64,000 nucleotides of DNA from a virus, in the IMG/VR virus record IMGVR_UViG_3300027782_000044, positions 32,001-96,000 of that record; one strand, given 5' to 3'. Shown piece after piece: positions 49,194-58,206 of this stretch; position 1 is the first letter of the stretch, and each line of letters begins with the position of its first letter. A program made the position numbers and the translations under genes. Under the pieces are notes generated by a model that did not search any database, was not told the origin of the DNA, and was given only the letters and a program-made list of their open reading frames with translations.

Positions 49194-49700
49194 GATAACT
49201 TCCCCTATGGGGCATATGGCTTTAATTAGCTGTATGTCCCATTTTTGTATGCCCATCTTATGGGCCAAATTTTTGCTTTACGAAGCATATAAAAAACCCC
49301 TGGAAATTGTATACATATCGATCAAAATCTGTCAATATCTGCATAGAATATCTCATTATATGAGACAAATAATGCAGAATTAGACATAATTTTTTGCCAT
49401 AAATATGGGCCAAAATTGCTCTTTACGACCAAATAAAAAAATTTCCTGGAATTTTATATGAAAGCTATTGACAAATATTGGCCAATATGCTTTATATGGG
49501 CGCTATTGACATTACGTCCCATCATATGATATGCTCAATTACATACATATGTTTAGATAGTTATAATGATAGTATTTGGATCTAAATTGATAGTATGATT
49601 CTCCACTTTACTCCACAATACTCCACTAAATAAGCCTATAGGAGGCTGATACAAGGGAGATTAAGGGGAGGGGGATATAGTAGTTAGCTCCTACTTTGCT

Positions 49701-50105
49701 CTATTTGCAAGATACGCAGTAATATGGAGCACGAAGGTTTTCTGGAGCAGTATATCCTGTTCGAGCACATTTGTGACATGTAGCTTTAATTAGATTAGAT
49801 TGCTCTATATCAAAAGTAAATGATCTTGTGTAATAGATCTTAGTTAAATACCATGTAATGGCTATGGCTAGTATAGTTATCATTCATCTATTATATCACT
49901 CCTATATAATCTTAGTCAACTAAGACTCTAATTGTCTGCCTATTTGTGCAGCTTTCTTTCTTACCTTGTCTGCTGATTCTATGGTATGTTCAATTGATTG
50001 TTGAAAGGATTTGCACATTTTGCAGAGATCGAGCATATCTGGATATTTAGCCCATGCTGCTCTATTTGTCTCTATTGAACATGTCTTGCACATTGGAGTA
50101 TTCAT
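49701..50105 (-). CDS. Two small Cys-motif hypothetical proteins (49701-49883, 49920-50105)
   Basis: CxxC...CxxC pairs. Confidence 0.5.
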
Positions 50106-50197
50106 GTTATGTCTTTCTATAGTAAACGAGGATGTTTATCCCTATAGTACTATTGTACTCTATTGGATCCCCGCCTAAAGGCTAATGGCTAGGGCTA

Positions 50198-51229
50198 TCA
50201 CTCATCTCTTCCAACCAGATACTCCCTCTTAAATTTAAAAAAATTAGATAGGTCTATGCCTATTTTATCATAATACTGAGCAATCGATTCCTTATTTGGT
50301 GCTCCCCAATACCCAAGGTATTCTCCAGAAAATATTTGAGACTGATAATAGGCTGACTTTCTTTCATCGTATACACCAATCCTGCCCCTACTTAAAGCTC
50401 TCCAGTCATTATCAGATAAAAGCTTTCCATCGTTAAACTTATCTTTAGTCCAGGCTATACATTTTTTAATTCCAAACATCCTGTAGCCTCTAGTACCTGC
50501 TCTAAAAGATAGATTAGTCTGATCTCCATTAAAAGGATTAGTTGGATCGTGCATTATCTCACGAGCAAAGGCAAAGTTTGTGAACATGAATGAAGCATGT
50601 ATTAATCCATGCTCAACAAAATCTTGGCCATCTTTCCAGTTCATGCCACTTCCTTCAATAAAAGGGTGCTCTATCATTTCTTCGCTGTGAGTTGTACTAT
50701 TAATATGGTCAGAAGAGTTAACAGTTATAATCCTTATTGCCAATGAGCCAAAGTTTTCTTCAGTCTTAAAGTTTAATGGATCTATCTGCACACCGCTAAA
50801 TCCATGCAATAATACTTCTTTATTTGGTCCATCTATCCATCTCGGAGGACATGCAGATATTATAGGCTTATCGCAAACCTTTAGCAAATCTTTGTAGTGC
50901 TTCTTGAGAGTAGTATCCCAGCCTTTTTCAAAAATATTATGTGCATCAACTTGGAGCAAATACTCATGATCCCTATGGTTCATCATAGAAGCCATAAGTC
51001 TACCAATCCCAGTTCCTAATGGACGTTCATGCTTTATCTCTACATAGTTTATTCTTGGATTATTGAATATTGGATCTGACAAAAAGTCTTTTTCATCTAT
51101 AACTGTGTTAGCAATTCCAAAATATAATAGATCTGGGCTATCTGCATTTTCAAGTGCGCTTTTAATTGTTTGAACTAAGAATTCTTCTTTACATGCGGCT
51201 ATAGATATATAAATTGTTTCTTCTATCAC
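50198..51229 (-). CDS. GT60-like glycosyltransferase (Skp1-hydroxyproline GlcNAc transferase family)
   Basis: TIYISIAA.KE..L..TIKSA..NA..P..LYFGI and EYLLQVDAH..F..GWD; late F.GDQ..LS.RA.TRGY. Confidence 0.75.
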   Translation of the reverse strand: MIEETIYISIAACKEEFLVQTIKSALENADSPDLLYFGIANTVIDEKDFLSDPIFNNPRINYVEIKHERPLGTGIGRLMASMMNHRDHEYLLQVDAHNIFEKGWDTTLKKHYKDLLKVCDKPIISACPPRWIDGPNKEVLLHGFSGVQIDPLNFKTEENFGSLAIRIITVNSSDHINSTTHSEEMIEHPFIEGSGMNWKDGQDFVEHGLIHASFMFTNFAFAREIMHDPTNPFNGDQTNLSFRAGTRGYRMFGIKKCIAWTKDKFNDGKLLSDNDWRALSRGRIGVYDERKSAYYQSQIFSGEYLGYWGAPNKESIAQYYDKIGIDLSNFFKFKREYLVGRDE

Positions 51230-51453
51230 AAATGAATCTCATTTACAGGTTCTTTTGACCAGTGTATATATGATCTAATATAGACTATTGCATAGGCAAT
51301 TGCTGAGGCTATAAATCCATATTGTTTTGTAATTAGAGCATACGTTATCCATAGGCATTCATTAAATAGAAGAATGAACCATCCCCATATAGTCTTTCTA
51401 CCTACAAAGTAGATACCTGTTACGCCTATAATAGCTAATATCCATGACCACAT
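51226..51453 (-). CDS. Small PnuC-like membrane protein
   Basis: Three hydrophobic helices, G..F.GRK..WGW....NE.LW..Y...QYG. Confidence 0.55.
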   Translation of the reverse strand: MWSWILAIIGVTGIYFVGRKTIWGWFILLFNECLWITYALITKQYGFIASAIAYAIVYIRSYIHWSKEPVNEIHL

Positions 51454-51959
51454 TATTTAGGCTCCCCGCCTTCTTTATCCCAGTATGGGATTCCATCTTC
51501 ATCATAATCAGAGCCTAGTCTGCTAAGCAATTCCTGAGTGTATGGATCTATTTTCCATGCGTCAAGCATGGTTTCTAGATCAGATTTATCAAAATTCATC
51601 TCTACTTTTCGACTTCACTTTCGGTCAATATTTATTAAATTAGATCTTTAATAAATTGTACTAATTCATCACAATCACATCTATATAGTCCATGATGATT
51701 AGTCCATTCTTTATCAAAGGAGGATCCATCATCATGTCGTTGCTGTACTTTTTGTGCTATTTCAGTAATTATTTCATCTCTAGATAAAGGTATTATGAGT
51801 TTAATCCTTTAAATGAATGGCATTCGCATACGCCTACTACATCATATCTACATGTATCTACTTCTGCTAAATCATTATACTTAGCTGCTTTAGTGCAGTA
51901 GTGACACTTCTGTGGCTCTTCCGCCTCTAATGCTGCTTCAAAGTTATCGAGTATACCCA

Positions 51960-52193
51960 TCACTTATTCCTTGGTACAAGGCTCTGTGGCCCTTCTGTGC
52001 CAAATAAAGACTTCTTTACTGGTACGCAGTTAGGGACTTTTTTACCACCCTTATCCTTCATGCCAACCTGCTTGTATCCAGTCCAGCATGCCTTTTCAAG
52101 GTTGTCCCACTTATCTTCTTCTGGGTTATCTGATTTGTATCCCTTTGAGATCTCTTCATCTGTTAAATTAATATCATTATTGTCCATAATCAT
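51960..52193 (-). CDS. Hypothetical protein with CWxGY...PNCVP motif
   Basis: CWTGYKQVGMKDKGGKKVPNCVP. Confidence 0.6.
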   Translation of the reverse strand: MIMDNNDINLTDEEISKGYKSDNPEEDKWDNLEKACWTGYKQVGMKDKGGKKVPNCVPVKKSLFGTEGPQSLVPRNK

Positions 52194-52194
52194 A

Positions 52195-52566
52195 TTATAT
52201 CATATTCTTAGATTTATCTTTTGACACTTGCTCTAAGTATATTTTAGCTGAAATTGCAAGCTCTTCGTATGTCATTGCTGTATGCTTATGCTCTTTATCT
52301 TTTCCAAATAAGCTTTTTAGCAGCTCTATTGGGGTTATAATTTTATCTTCTGGCAAACCTCCGTGCTTATAAAGCATTTTAAGTAGTAGTCCTGCAATAA
52401 ATATATCATCTGTAAATGCCGCCCAAGGAAACAATATATCGAATGGATCAATTGGTGAAGCCAGCCAAACAACACACAAGATAGACAGAACCTTTATGTG
52501 TCTTGGTGATCTATCAAATTGTGCTCTATACGGCTTTAATAATATCTTTAGTTTGTTATACTTCAT
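52195..52566 (-). CDS. DUF1232/YkvA-like membrane protein
   Basis: LASPIDPFD..FPW..F.DD. Confidence 0.6.
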   Translation of the reverse strand: MKYNKLKILLKPYRAQFDRSPRHIKVLSILCVVWLASPIDPFDILFPWAAFTDDIFIAGLLLKMLYKHGGLPEDKIITPIELLKSLFGKDKEHKHTAMTYEELAISAKIYLEQVSKDKSKNMI

Positions 52567-52698
52567 CTATTGTCTGTACCATTCTTATTTGATTTTCATG
52601 ATACTGAATATGATAATCTCTTAGTTGATGTGTTACTGCACAATAGCATATTGGACAGCTGGTGATCCACTGAGATTTATCTTCCCAATGTTTAGGCA

Positions 52699-52929
52699 TT
52701 AAGCTTCAGGTGAAGGAATCGGACCTTCATTATCAGTTTCGGAAACTGCTCTACGACCATTATAGGAACCTGAACTGTCCTTGGGGACAATTCGCTTAAT
52801 TTCAAGATAACAAATTGGGCACTCTCCGATATGCAACCAATTACCTGAATCTAAGACAACCATCTCGGTTAACTTTCCTTCTACATTATTATTACAAGGA
52901 ATGCAGAAAGCATTTATCTTTATTGTCAT
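52699..52929 (-). CDS. Small zinc-ribbon protein whose 3' end overlaps a tRNA
   Basis: AFCIPC...GECPIC. Confidence 0.55.
   Translation of the reverse strand: MTIKINAFCIPCNNNVEGKLTEMVVLDSGNWLHIGECPICYLEIKRIVPKDSSGSYNGRRAVSETDNEGPIPSPEA
52704..52774 (-). tRNA. Atypical tRNA-Arg (CCG)
   Basis: TTCAGGT/ACCTGAA acceptor, CTA-TAATGGTCG-TAG D arm, CAGT-TT CCG AA-ACTG anticodon arm, GAAGG-TCCGATT-CCTTC T arm. Confidence 0.7.
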
Positions 52930-53100
52930 TACATTGGTCCGCTAAACTTTTTGCCATTCCATTCATATTTTAATCCACAATCACATTTCCAAATAGACCC
53001 AGCATGTCTTTTTTGAAGATGCGTTACGCCCATTCTAGGTGGCTCTATAGACCAAGGCAAATCGCAAAAGTGCCCTTGTTCTCCAACTATTTTAATCCAT

Positions 53101-53373
53101 TCACTCATTGATATCTGCTTCCTTTAGCCATTGATCTTCCCATAATCCAATGAGAGACTTATTGCCAATGTCATCAAAGTAGTAACGCTTGGCGTTACTA
53201 TCATAGTTCCAACCATACCACATATCGCCTTCCATCCAGCTACATGATGCAATCTTCATTCCTTCTGGGTCATTAACAATTGTATCTAAATGATCATAAA
53301 GATGGACTTCATCAAAAATATATTCTCTAAGGCTTGTCCAGCTAAATATGCGTCTTGCTAGCCATTCAATCAT
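53101..53373 (-). CDS. Hypothetical protein
   Basis: ORF; probable start MIEWLARR. Confidence 0.5.
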   Translation of the reverse strand: MIEWLARRIFSWTSLREYIFDEVHLYDHLDTIVNDPEGMKIASCSWMEGDMWYGWNYDSNAKRYYFDDIGNKSLIGLWEDQWLKEADINE

Positions 53374-53639
53374 CTTTTGGATCCTTTTCCCATGTAAGTT
53401 TTCCATCTTTATATACGGGCCAATATCCTAATGGACGCCAGTCCATCTTCATAATCTTAGGCTCTTTCATACTGCCAACTGAATTGGAATCATGGCTTCA
53501 CATCTTTCACAATACTGATATGTTGATCCAGTATATGGGCATGTTCCTGCTTGTACGAGGGTATGCCCTTTTACTTTACATATTATTTTATTTATCATTA
53601 TAGTTTATTATATAATATAAACTAAACGCTGTCAATAGA

Positions 53640-54422
53640 TTATTTGTTATTAAAATTAATTAAAGATTCTTCCAGTGCATGGTACGGCTCTCCCAGAGCG
53701 GAGGTTATTCCTGTTCCAGTGTGCATAAATAAGAATATATATGTTTTATTTCCAGACAAAACTTCATTTACTGAATGGGAAGTTAAGCATGGAAGGAACA
53801 CTACACTGCCAGCTGAAGGCTTTATTGAGTAGCCTAGGTCATCAAAAACAATTTCTCCACCCTCATAATCTTCATTAAGATATATTAAAGATGTCCAGTC
53901 CATAGTATTTTTTGGGTTTAATATATTTCTATCTATGTGAGGCCCCATTGCTCCACCAACTCTATACTTTCTAATACAATAGTTTCTAGTTATGTGGTGT
54001 GGCAAATCATTATTTGTTTTTTCTGCCCAAATTTTTAAAGCGCTAATGTAATCTTCTTCTATCATCTTGATAGCTGGCAACGACAATTGATGTTCTACGC
54101 TATTGTTTGCATAATCAGATATATCTTTACGTGGCCACACAGAGTTGTTGTCGTTATAAGATAGATCCCAATCTAAAAGTTTTGCAACGCCCCTGATAGC
54201 ATCTTCTGTGTCTGGAAACAACTGCTCCCACTTTGTCATATCGTCTGGATCAAGACTGACTGGGTACCCGTCAATCCATGTTGTCCATGAAGGAAAAACC
54301 TTTAGGATATCTTCATTTTTATCGTTATTCTCAACAAAATCTAAAAACTCTTTTGCTTTAGGGAATGCATTTTCAATGTATATTACGCCACCAGGCATGT
54401 CGTGAATTATAGGAGTAGTCAT
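53640..54422 (-). CDS. 2OG-Fe(II) oxygenase, prolyl 4-hydroxylase-like
   Basis: MGPHID...YLNEDYEGGEI...HSV...GNK. Confidence 0.85.
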   Translation of the reverse strand: MTTPIIHDMPGGVIYIENAFPKAKEFLDFVENNDKNEDILKVFPSWTTWIDGYPVSLDPDDMTKWEQLFPDTEDAIRGVAKLLDWDLSYNDNNSVWPRKDISDYANNSVEHQLSLPAIKMIEEDYISALKIWAEKTNNDLPHHITRNYCIRKYRVGGAMGPHIDRNILNPKNTMDWTSLIYLNEDYEGGEIVFDDLGYSIKPSAGSVVFLPCLTSHSVNEVLSGNKTYIFLFMHTGTGITSALGEPYHALEESLINFNNK

Positions 54423-54429
54423 ATGGTAA

Positions 54430-54615
54430 TTATAGCACTTCCTTGCTTATCGTGTCTTTAATAAGTGGGTTTAGCCTATCCCAATGCCCATTACTGCTAC
54501 CCTGATAAATCTGACCAGTTTCTCTGTCAACAAGAAGCCATTTTTCTGGACATTTAGTTTTAACTTGCAAAGTTACGGATTTTAAAATTGTTTTAAACTT
54601 AAATCGGCTTCGCAA
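54430..54615 (-). CDS. Small hypothetical protein
   Basis: VKTKCPEKWLLVDRETGQIYQG. Confidence 0.55.
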   Translation of the reverse strand: MRSRFKFKTILKSVTLQVKTKCPEKWLLVDRETGQIYQGSSNGHWDRLNPLIKDTISKEVL

Positions 54616-54618
54616 TGC

Positions 54619-54915
54619 TTATCCTTTTATTGCCAGCACACTTTTTGTATTTAAAAGTAAGTACTTTTCTCCATCTGTATCTTCAATATCAGTTCCGCTG
54701 TTTTGATTATAATAAACAATATCGTCAACATTAAGGCCAGTTATTGGAATAAGCTCACCCTTGTAGTTGTACTCACCATTGCCCATTTGCAGGATCTTGC
54801 CAGTTCTAAGGTTAGATTCACTTAATGAAGCCATAAGCACTATGCCAGATGTTGTAGTCCTATCTTCAACTTTATCTTCTTTAATTAACAAAAGGTTACC
54901 AAACGGTTTAATCAT
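54619..54915 (-). CDS. groES: Co-chaperonin GroES (Cpn10)
   Basis: IKPFGN.LLIK...TTSGIVL...G.G.....G...P....V.D.V...SGT...DGEKYLLL....VLA. Confidence 0.85.
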   Translation of the reverse strand: MIKPFGNLLLIKEDKVEDRTTTSGIVLMASLSESNLRTGKILQMGNGEYNYKGELIPITGLNVDDIVYYNQNSGTDIEDTDGEKYLLLNTKSVLAIKG

Positions 54916-55090
54916 TTATTTTTACTCCTCAAAAGATTCTTGCGTCTCCCAAAAACTGTCCTTCTTGAACTGCTCTTGTATTCTTTTTGCATCTAAAATT
55001 ACAGACATTTCTTTATATAAATTATACGCAATGTATCCGCATGTTGTAAAAACAACTGCTCCTAATATAATAAATTTGTTCATAACTATA

Positions 55091-55717
55091 TTATACCTTA
55101 TCTATGTTAATTGTGTCAATAGTATTTTTATTTGTTCCAGGAAATATATCTACTAATAAATGTACTCTATCAGTATCGCTATCATTTAAAACTGAATGTG
55201 GTTTTTGATTATTTATCTCCCAACATTCCCCCTCTTTCATGTTGACAGTTTCCCCATTAACTGTGTAAGATACAAGGTCGTTGGTTATTATTGGTATATG
55301 AAACCTTCTAACAGCAGATAGATACTCTCCACGATCTGTATGCTCAGACACGTCTTTATTTGCAAAAAGCTTAAGCAATAAAACTCTGCCAGATATACCT
55401 TCGCACATTAACTCTAGATCTTTTACAATATCAGAAACAGAATTTAGCATATCAATATCTTTAATTTCTGAGTTAATTTTGTCTCCAAAATTCCAGTCGA
55501 AGCTGTGATACTGTATAACAAATGTATTTGTATAAAGATGAGGATTCCTTCTATCTAAATATTTAACATTTTGCCTAAAGTTATAGGTATCCCACCCATC
55601 GACAATGTTTTTTACTTTATTTGAAATGCTGCCTATATTATATTTTTTATAAAATTTAAAATTAAAATCTGCTTCATCTTTTTCTGAAGTTTCTTTATAA
55701 TAGATCAACTGTTTCAT
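55091..55717 (-). CDS. Aspartyl/asparaginyl beta-hydroxylase-like 2OG-Fe(II) oxygenase
   Basis: HTD.G..L...RRFHIPIITN...GECWEINN..PHSV.N.S..DRVHL.VD. Confidence 0.85.
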   Translation of the reverse strand: MKQLIYYKETSEKDEADFNFKFYKKYNIGSISNKVKNIVDGWDTYNFRQNVKYLDRRNPHLYTNTFVIQYHSFDWNFGDKINSEIKDIDMLNSVSDIVKDLELMCEGISGRVLLLKLFANKDVSEHTDRGEYLSAVRRFHIPIITNDLVSYTVNGETVNMKEGECWEINNQKPHSVLNDSDTDRVHLLVDIFPGTNKNTIDTINIDKV

Positions 55718-56537
55718 TATCCTTTACATAATTGTATATAAAATAATCAATATCGTTATTTTTTAATATTAAATCTATTTCTGATTGTGATAAAAGAGAG
55801 ATTAGATGCTTAGTGGTGATTTCTTTTTCATTTCCATAGCTAAAAACACCAGCATTAACAACTTTAGATTTGTCAAACTTTATGTCTATATTATAATTAA
55901 TGTTAAACCAGTTATTAATATTTTTTTCAAATAGGTCCATCCTATCTAAAGAGTTAACTATTTTAAAGCTCTTTATTGCTTTTAAGGCATTTTCCTTTGA
56001 TGTGTTTGCATTATCTATGAACCAAGTAAATGCCTCTCCTTTTTTTAAAAAGGGGTTCATTAGCTCTTCATAATGGGTTTTGTAAAAATCTAATGGTCTA
56101 AAAGATCTAGAGTCTGCTGAGTTACATATAAACCTAGACTGATAATTATTATGTAGTTCAAAGTTTGGGTCTTCAAACAAATAGTACCTTAGTTTATCTA
56201 TGGGAGTATCTATATCAGAATACTCTTTTCTGTTAAAAAGAGCACGATTATATATAAAATTAAAATAGCTAACCCTAGCTTCTACAGGGTTTCTTATTAT
56301 TGTAGCGACATCAATATTAGGTACCATGTCAATAGGGTATGTTCCAGCATGAATAGATGTGTAAACTTTTTTAGTAAAATTATTATTATTTGGATGATGA
56401 GTGCTTATATAATAAGATATATCATTAGCATCTAATGATCTTTTTATGTTTTCAGAAACGTATTTACCTGCAGTTTTTGGAATATGTAAAAAATATAACT
56501 GCTTTAGTCTTCCTTCTTCATAAGAGACTCGTTCCAC
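55695..56537 (-). CDS. Sulfotransferase family protein
   Basis: FLHIPKTAG (PAPS 5'-binding) and TIIRNPV.A.VS.F. Confidence 0.8.
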   Translation of the reverse strand: MERVSYEEGRLKQLYFLHIPKTAGKYVSENIKRSLDANDISYYISTHHPNNNNFTKKVYTSIHAGTYPIDMVPNIDVATIIRNPVEARVSYFNFIYNRALFNRKEYSDIDTPIDKLRYYLFEDPNFELHNNYQSRFICNSADSRSFRPLDFYKTHYEELMNPFLKKGEAFTWFIDNANTSKENALKAIKSFKIVNSLDRMDLFEKNINNWFNINYNIDIKFDKSKVVNAGVFSYGNEKEITTKHLISLLSQSEIDLILKNNDIDYFIYNYVKDNETVDLL

Positions 56538-57343
56538 TTGTTAAGGCTCCTTCCTTGATTGTAAGAACCTTCCTTATGTCTTTCACGAAGAATTTCTGTC
56601 CATTCCTCTTCACTATATTGAGCTTTTTCAGCATGCCATTTTTCAGATCCTGCAAACTCATATCTCCAATACGCCCTAATCAAAGCTTTAGATCCACCCT
56701 TTGCAACCATTGGGCTATGATAAAAAGGATGTCCAGAAGGAAAAATAATTAAGTCCCCAGCGCTTGGCTTGTAGTACATGTGATTAATTAAATTTTCTTT
56801 GTCATCGCTTATTTCTATTATGTTTACTCCGCCATCTTCATAGTCATCATTTAAATAGAATAAGCATGTTGTCCCAAACTTTAAGCCTGGATCTTCTCTT
56901 CTTTCTTCTTGAAAATCAGTATGGTAGTTCATTCCCTGATAATCATTAACGCCCATTCCATCTTTATAGTATGCTACATCAACAGAATCCCAGCACCAAT
57001 TAGGATAATTAACTTCAACTGAAGCAAAATACTCATCTGAACATTCATGGAATACCTTGAACAAATTTTTGATGTATTGATTACTTGAAACACCATCTTC
57101 TTTATCATTAAAATTTTCATCTGAAAATGTTTTCCACTCATCTTTACTAGGGAATGACTCAAAGAACCCACGAGTAGTTGGTATTGCTATATGAAAGCCA
57201 AATGTATACCAAGGTGTAGACTGATCCTCATGATTGGTTAGGTAGTACTCCAGCATATCTTTTGAGTTATTTAATGCATTCTTAAAAACCCAAACTTTGT
57301 CATGGAGTTTTAATACTTCAACATCATTTCCATCAATTATCAA
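56504..57343 (-). CDS. 2OG-Fe(II) oxygenase, prolyl 4-hydroxylase-like
   Basis: YHTD...YLNDDYEDGG...FPS.HPFYH. Confidence 0.85.
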   Translation of the reverse strand: MIIDGNDVEVLKLHDKVWVFKNALNNSKDMLEYYLTNHEDQSTPWYTFGFHIAIPTTRGFFESFPSKDEWKTFSDENFNDKEDGVSSNQYIKNLFKVFHECSDEYFASVEVNYPNWCWDSVDVAYYKDGMGVNDYQGMNYHTDFQEERREDPGLKFGTTCLFYLNDDYEDGGVNIIEISDDKENLINHMYYKPSAGDLIIFPSGHPFYHSPMVAKGGSKALIRAYWRYEFAGSEKWHAEKAQYSEEEWTEILRERHKEGSYNQGRSLNKWNESLMKKED

Positions 57344-57527
57344 TGTTCAATACCTAACCTTTATACAACGCTAATACTTTATTAAGCGTTAGTCTTCTTA
57401 GGGTGCCTTGGAGTATACTCTCCAACAATAGCTTTTATTCTGCCGTCTTTTCTTAATCTAACGATTTTACCATCACGAATAACAGTGTCATTAAAAGGTA
57501 CTTGCCTGCCAAATTTTTTTGGTGGCA

Positions 57528-57710
57528 TTATACTTTTTTTCTTCCAGTTTTTCTAGGCGCTTGTGGGACAGCTGGAGTTTCTCTTCGAATACCATGTTTA
57601 TTAACATCGATCTTCATCGGAGGTCTTTTGGGCTGTACACCAGACTTAAATTTGCCCTGAGAAGGATTTTTTTTAGTTGCTTCTCCAGAGCTTACAACGT
57701 TTTCTGACAC
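57528..57710 (-). CDS. Small basic hypothetical protein
   Basis: GTG start overlapping the upstream TAG. Confidence 0.5.
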   Translation of the reverse strand: MSENVVSSGEATKKNPSQGKFKSGVQPKRPPMKIDVNKHGIRRETPAVPQAPRKTGRKKV

Positions 57711-57817
57711 TATGCTCCCTTAATTTGTGAGATAGTTACAACGTTATTACTAGCTGGTGATGGAGCTGATTCATTTTGAATCTGCTCATCTTTTCCGCAT
57801 CCGCAATCTTTACACAT
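57710..57817 (-). CDS. 35-aa MCxxCGC peptide
   Basis: MCKDCGCGKDEQIQNESAPSPASNNVVTISQIKGA; TAATG coupling. Confidence 0.65.
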   Translation of the reverse strand: MCKDCGCGKDEQIQNESAPSPASNNVVTISQIKGA

Positions 57818-58008
57818 TAGTCTGGATCCTCTATTCCTTCGCCCATTTCATGAAGAGGGCTCTCTTCAATGAAAGATTCTCTTTGAGATGACGTTGATGT
57901 CATATCTAGTGTTAAACCAGAAGCCCCCTGGCTTGTCATATCAATTATAGAAACTGGAACAATGCCAGTCTCACTGCCAACACTCTGGCATCCACACTCA
58001 ACGCACAT
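57817..58008 (-). CDS. 63-aa MCxxCGC peptide
   Basis: MCVECGCQSVGSETGIVP...; ATG 1 nt after the upstream stop. Confidence 0.65.
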   Translation of the reverse strand: MCVECGCQSVGSETGIVPVSIIDMTSQGASGLTLDMTSTSSQRESFIEESPLHEMGEGIEDPD

Positions 58009-58009
58009 A

Positions 58010-58159
58010 TTACTTAGGGCCTTGAGCTTGTGCCTGGTTTGACATATCCGTTGATGGGAATGCTGCAGCAGGTGCATCTGACAAGTGCAAGTTTAGGTCG
58101 TTTGATCCTGATTGCTCGCCTGTCTCGTTAAATCCTTTTAAATCTTTTCCGTCTGACAT
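58010..58159 (-). CDS. 49-aa low-complexity peptide
   Basis: MSDGKDFKGFNETGEQSGSNDLNLHLSDAPAAAFPSTDMSNQAQAQGPK; AGGAG RBS. Confidence 0.6.
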   Translation of the reverse strand: MSDGKDLKGFNETGEQSGSNDLNLHLSDAPAAAFPSTDMSNQAQAQGPK

Positions 58160-58206
58160 GTTGTTACTCCTATAGGTTATTTATTTAAGCGGGACTAGTA
58201 TTCCGC

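Noticed and set aside
36900-49450. Island repeats as a CRISPR array or integron cassette array
   Set aside because: Repeats are short, degenerate and promoter-shaped; no cas or integrase gene and no attC-like structure seen.
36800-49500. LexA (SOS box) control or prophage status
   Set aside because: No recurring GAAC-N4-GTTC noticed in the cassettes, and no integrase, repressor or host flank in this window.
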